Source of the DNA: Nannocystis bainbridge
GTDB lineage: Bacteria > Myxococcota_A > Polyangia > Nannocystales > Nannocystaceae
DNA length: 64,000 nucleotides
Direction: 5' to 3'
NCBI RefSeq assembly: GCF_028368995.1
Contig: NZ_JAQNDL010000004.1
Span: 320,001-384,000, forward strand
Part shown: positions 62,597 to 64,000 of the stretch, piece after piece
Layout of the letters: the number at the start of each line of letters is the position of its first letter
Position numbering within the stretch: position 1 is the first letter of the stretch
Notes under the pieces: generated by a model
The model's input: the letters and a program-made list of their open reading frames with translations, nothing else
Database searches by the model: none
Told to the model about the DNA's origin: nothing
Program-made: the position numbers and the translations under genes

Positions 62597-63310
62597 GTGA
62601 CCCCACGAACCTTGCTCGCCCTCGCCCTCGCTCTGACCGCCTGTGACGGCGCCAAGCCGCCTGCTGCCGCCGGAACGCCGACCAAGACGCCCGCCGCCGA
62701 CGGCGAGGCGAAGGCCGCCGCCCCGACGCCGGCGCCGACCGCGAACCCGCTCGCCGATCCGGCCGCGGTCGCGGCGATCGGCAAGCCGGCCCCCGACTTC
62801 ACGCTGCCGACCGCCGACGGCAAGACGGTCAAGCTGTCCGACCTGCGCGGCAAGACGGTGGTGATCGAGTGGTTCAACCCCGAGTGCCCGTTCGTCAAGG
62901 CGGCGCACGACGCCGGACCGCTGAAGGATCTGGCGGCGCGCACGACGGCGGCGTCGCCGACGGTGACGTGGCTGGCGATCAACTCCGGCGCGCCGGGCAA
63001 GCAGGGCCACGGCGCGGACGCCAACCAGGCCGCGGCCAAGACGTGGTCGCTGGCCCACCCGATCCTGCTCGACGAGACGGGCGCGGTCGGCCACGCGTAC
63101 GGGGCCACCAACACGCCGCACATGTACATCGTCGACGCCGAGGGCGCGCTGGTCTACCGCGGCGGCCTCGACAACGCGCCGATGAACGAGGCCGAGGGCG
63201 GCACGCGCGTGGCGCTGTTCGAGGACGCGCTGGCGGCCGTGCTGGGCGGCAAGCCGGTCGCGCAGGCCGACACGCGCGCGTGGGGCTGCTCGGTCAAGTA
63301 CGCGAAGTGA
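62597..63310 (+). CDS. Redoxin/thioredoxin-fold lipoprotein (AhpC/TSA-like)
   Basis: LTAC lipobox; APDFTL, EWFNPECPFV, ATNTPHMY, WGCSVKY. Confidence 0.92.
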   Translation: MTPRTLLALALALTACDGAKPPAAAGTPTKTPAADGEAKAAAPTPAPTANPLADPAAVAAIGKPAPDFTLPTADGKTVKLSDLRGKTVVIEWFNPECPFVKAAHDAGPLKDLAARTTAASPTVTWLAINSGAPGKQGHGADANQAAAKTWSLAHPILLDETGAVGHAYGATNTPHMYIVDAEGALVYRGGLDNAPMNEAEGGTRVALFEDALAAVLGGKPVAQADTRAWGCSVKYAK

Positions 63311-63374
63311 GGCGGGCGGCCGCGCACGCGCGCGGCTGTACGTCGAGTCCGCGAACTGAAGCGAGCTGGCGGCC

Positions 63375-63550
63375 GCGCGCCAGCGTGAGCGGGGCGGTCG
63401 CTGCCGGGCGCGCCTGCGGGACGGTCGCTCGCTGTCGGGCCAGCGTGAGCGGGGCGGCCGCTCGCGCTGCCGGGCCAGCGTGAGCGGGACGGTCGCTCGC
63501 TGCCGGGCGCGCCAGCGTGAGCGGGACGGTTGCTCGCTGTCGGGCGCGCC
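63375..63550. repeat. Degenerate intergenic tandem repeat (about 35-bp units)
   Basis: gccagcgtgagcggg(g/a)cgg(t/c)cgctcgctg(c/t)cggg repeated 4-5 times. Confidence 0.8.
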
Positions 63551-63577
63551 GCTGCGAGTCCACGGTCGCGGCAGGGC

Positions 63578-63735
63578 TGTCCTCGAGGACAGGCGCGGGC
63601 CCGCTCGGTGGACGCGACGCGGCTGTCCTCGGGGACATGTTCTTCGCGGCTGCGCCGAGATGGTCGAGGTCCCGGGACGTGGCTCTCAGAGCATGTTCAA
63701 AACGACATGTCTGAAGGGACATGCCCGATCGCGGA
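63578..63735. repeat. TGTC-N6-GACA singles plus a 14-bp-phased array
   Basis: tgtcctcgaggaca 63578; tgtcctcggggaca 63624; tggctctcagagca|tgttcaaaacgaca|tgtctgaagggaca|tgccc from 63680. Confidence 0.85.
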
Positions 63736-63795
63736 CGCACGAACGGCGCGGGCCCGAGGGGCGCCGCGCCGTTCGGGGGCCGCGGAGGGCGCGGC

Positions 63796-63999
63796 TCACT
63801 TGTTCTTGAGCTTGGCGGCCTCTTCGGCGGTCAGGCAGCGGTCGTCGACGACGTTGTTGCAGTCGTCGTCGAGGTTGTTGCAGATCTCCTGGCTCGGCTG
63901 GACATTGGCGACGCACTGGATCCGGCCGCCGAGGCACTGCATGACGCCCGGGGCGCACACGCCGACCTTGCCGGTCTGGCAGGCGACGCCGGTGCCCGG
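63796..63999 (-). CDS. C-terminus of a Cys-rich protein with MopE-like putative metal-binding repeat (5' end off window)
   Basis: Manual translation: ...ACQTGKVGVCAPGVMQCLGGRIQCVANVQPSQEICNNLDDDCNNVVDDRC...KLKNK*. Confidence 0.85.
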   Translation of the reverse strand, partial: PGTGVACQTGKVGVCAPGVMQCLGGRIQCVANVQPSQEICNNLDDDCNNVVDDRCLTAEEAAKLKNK

Positions 64000-64000
64000 C

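Overview
Very GC-rich chromosomal window. Gene content and lipoprotein style point to a myxobacterium, most likely Nannocystaceae (inference). It is mostly core and accessory metabolism: malQ/glgX/glgB, ccsA-hemA and hemC, thiS-thiG-thiE, trxA, alr, an L,D-transpeptidase, ggt, purM, accD-folC, a FadF-like oxidoreductase with bolA, tRNA-Gln(CTG) and tRNA-Glu(CTC), and many lipoproteins. I saw no transposase, integrase, prophage or CRISPR array. The most striking unexplained signal is a gapped 14-bp palindrome, TGTC(C)-N4-(G)GACA. It forms head-to-tail arrays of 2-6 units in strict 14-bp phase in many intergenic spaces, longest between convergent genes. It also sits inside conserved genes, often at rare codons or small loop insertions. 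This suggests an undescribed, chromosome-wide DNA-level signal for a cooperatively binding protein. Other candidates are a four-gene nucleic-acid scavenging operon (5'-nucleotidase, two OB-fold-like lipoproteins, beta-barrel), a signal peptidase I homolog lacking its catalytic dyad, extra copies of the hemC 3' end, an orphan terminator with a possible sRNA, a frameshifted lipoprotein, and two lipoproteins with a Cys-rich domain ahead of the lipobox. Start codons were chosen by eye and no database searches were run.
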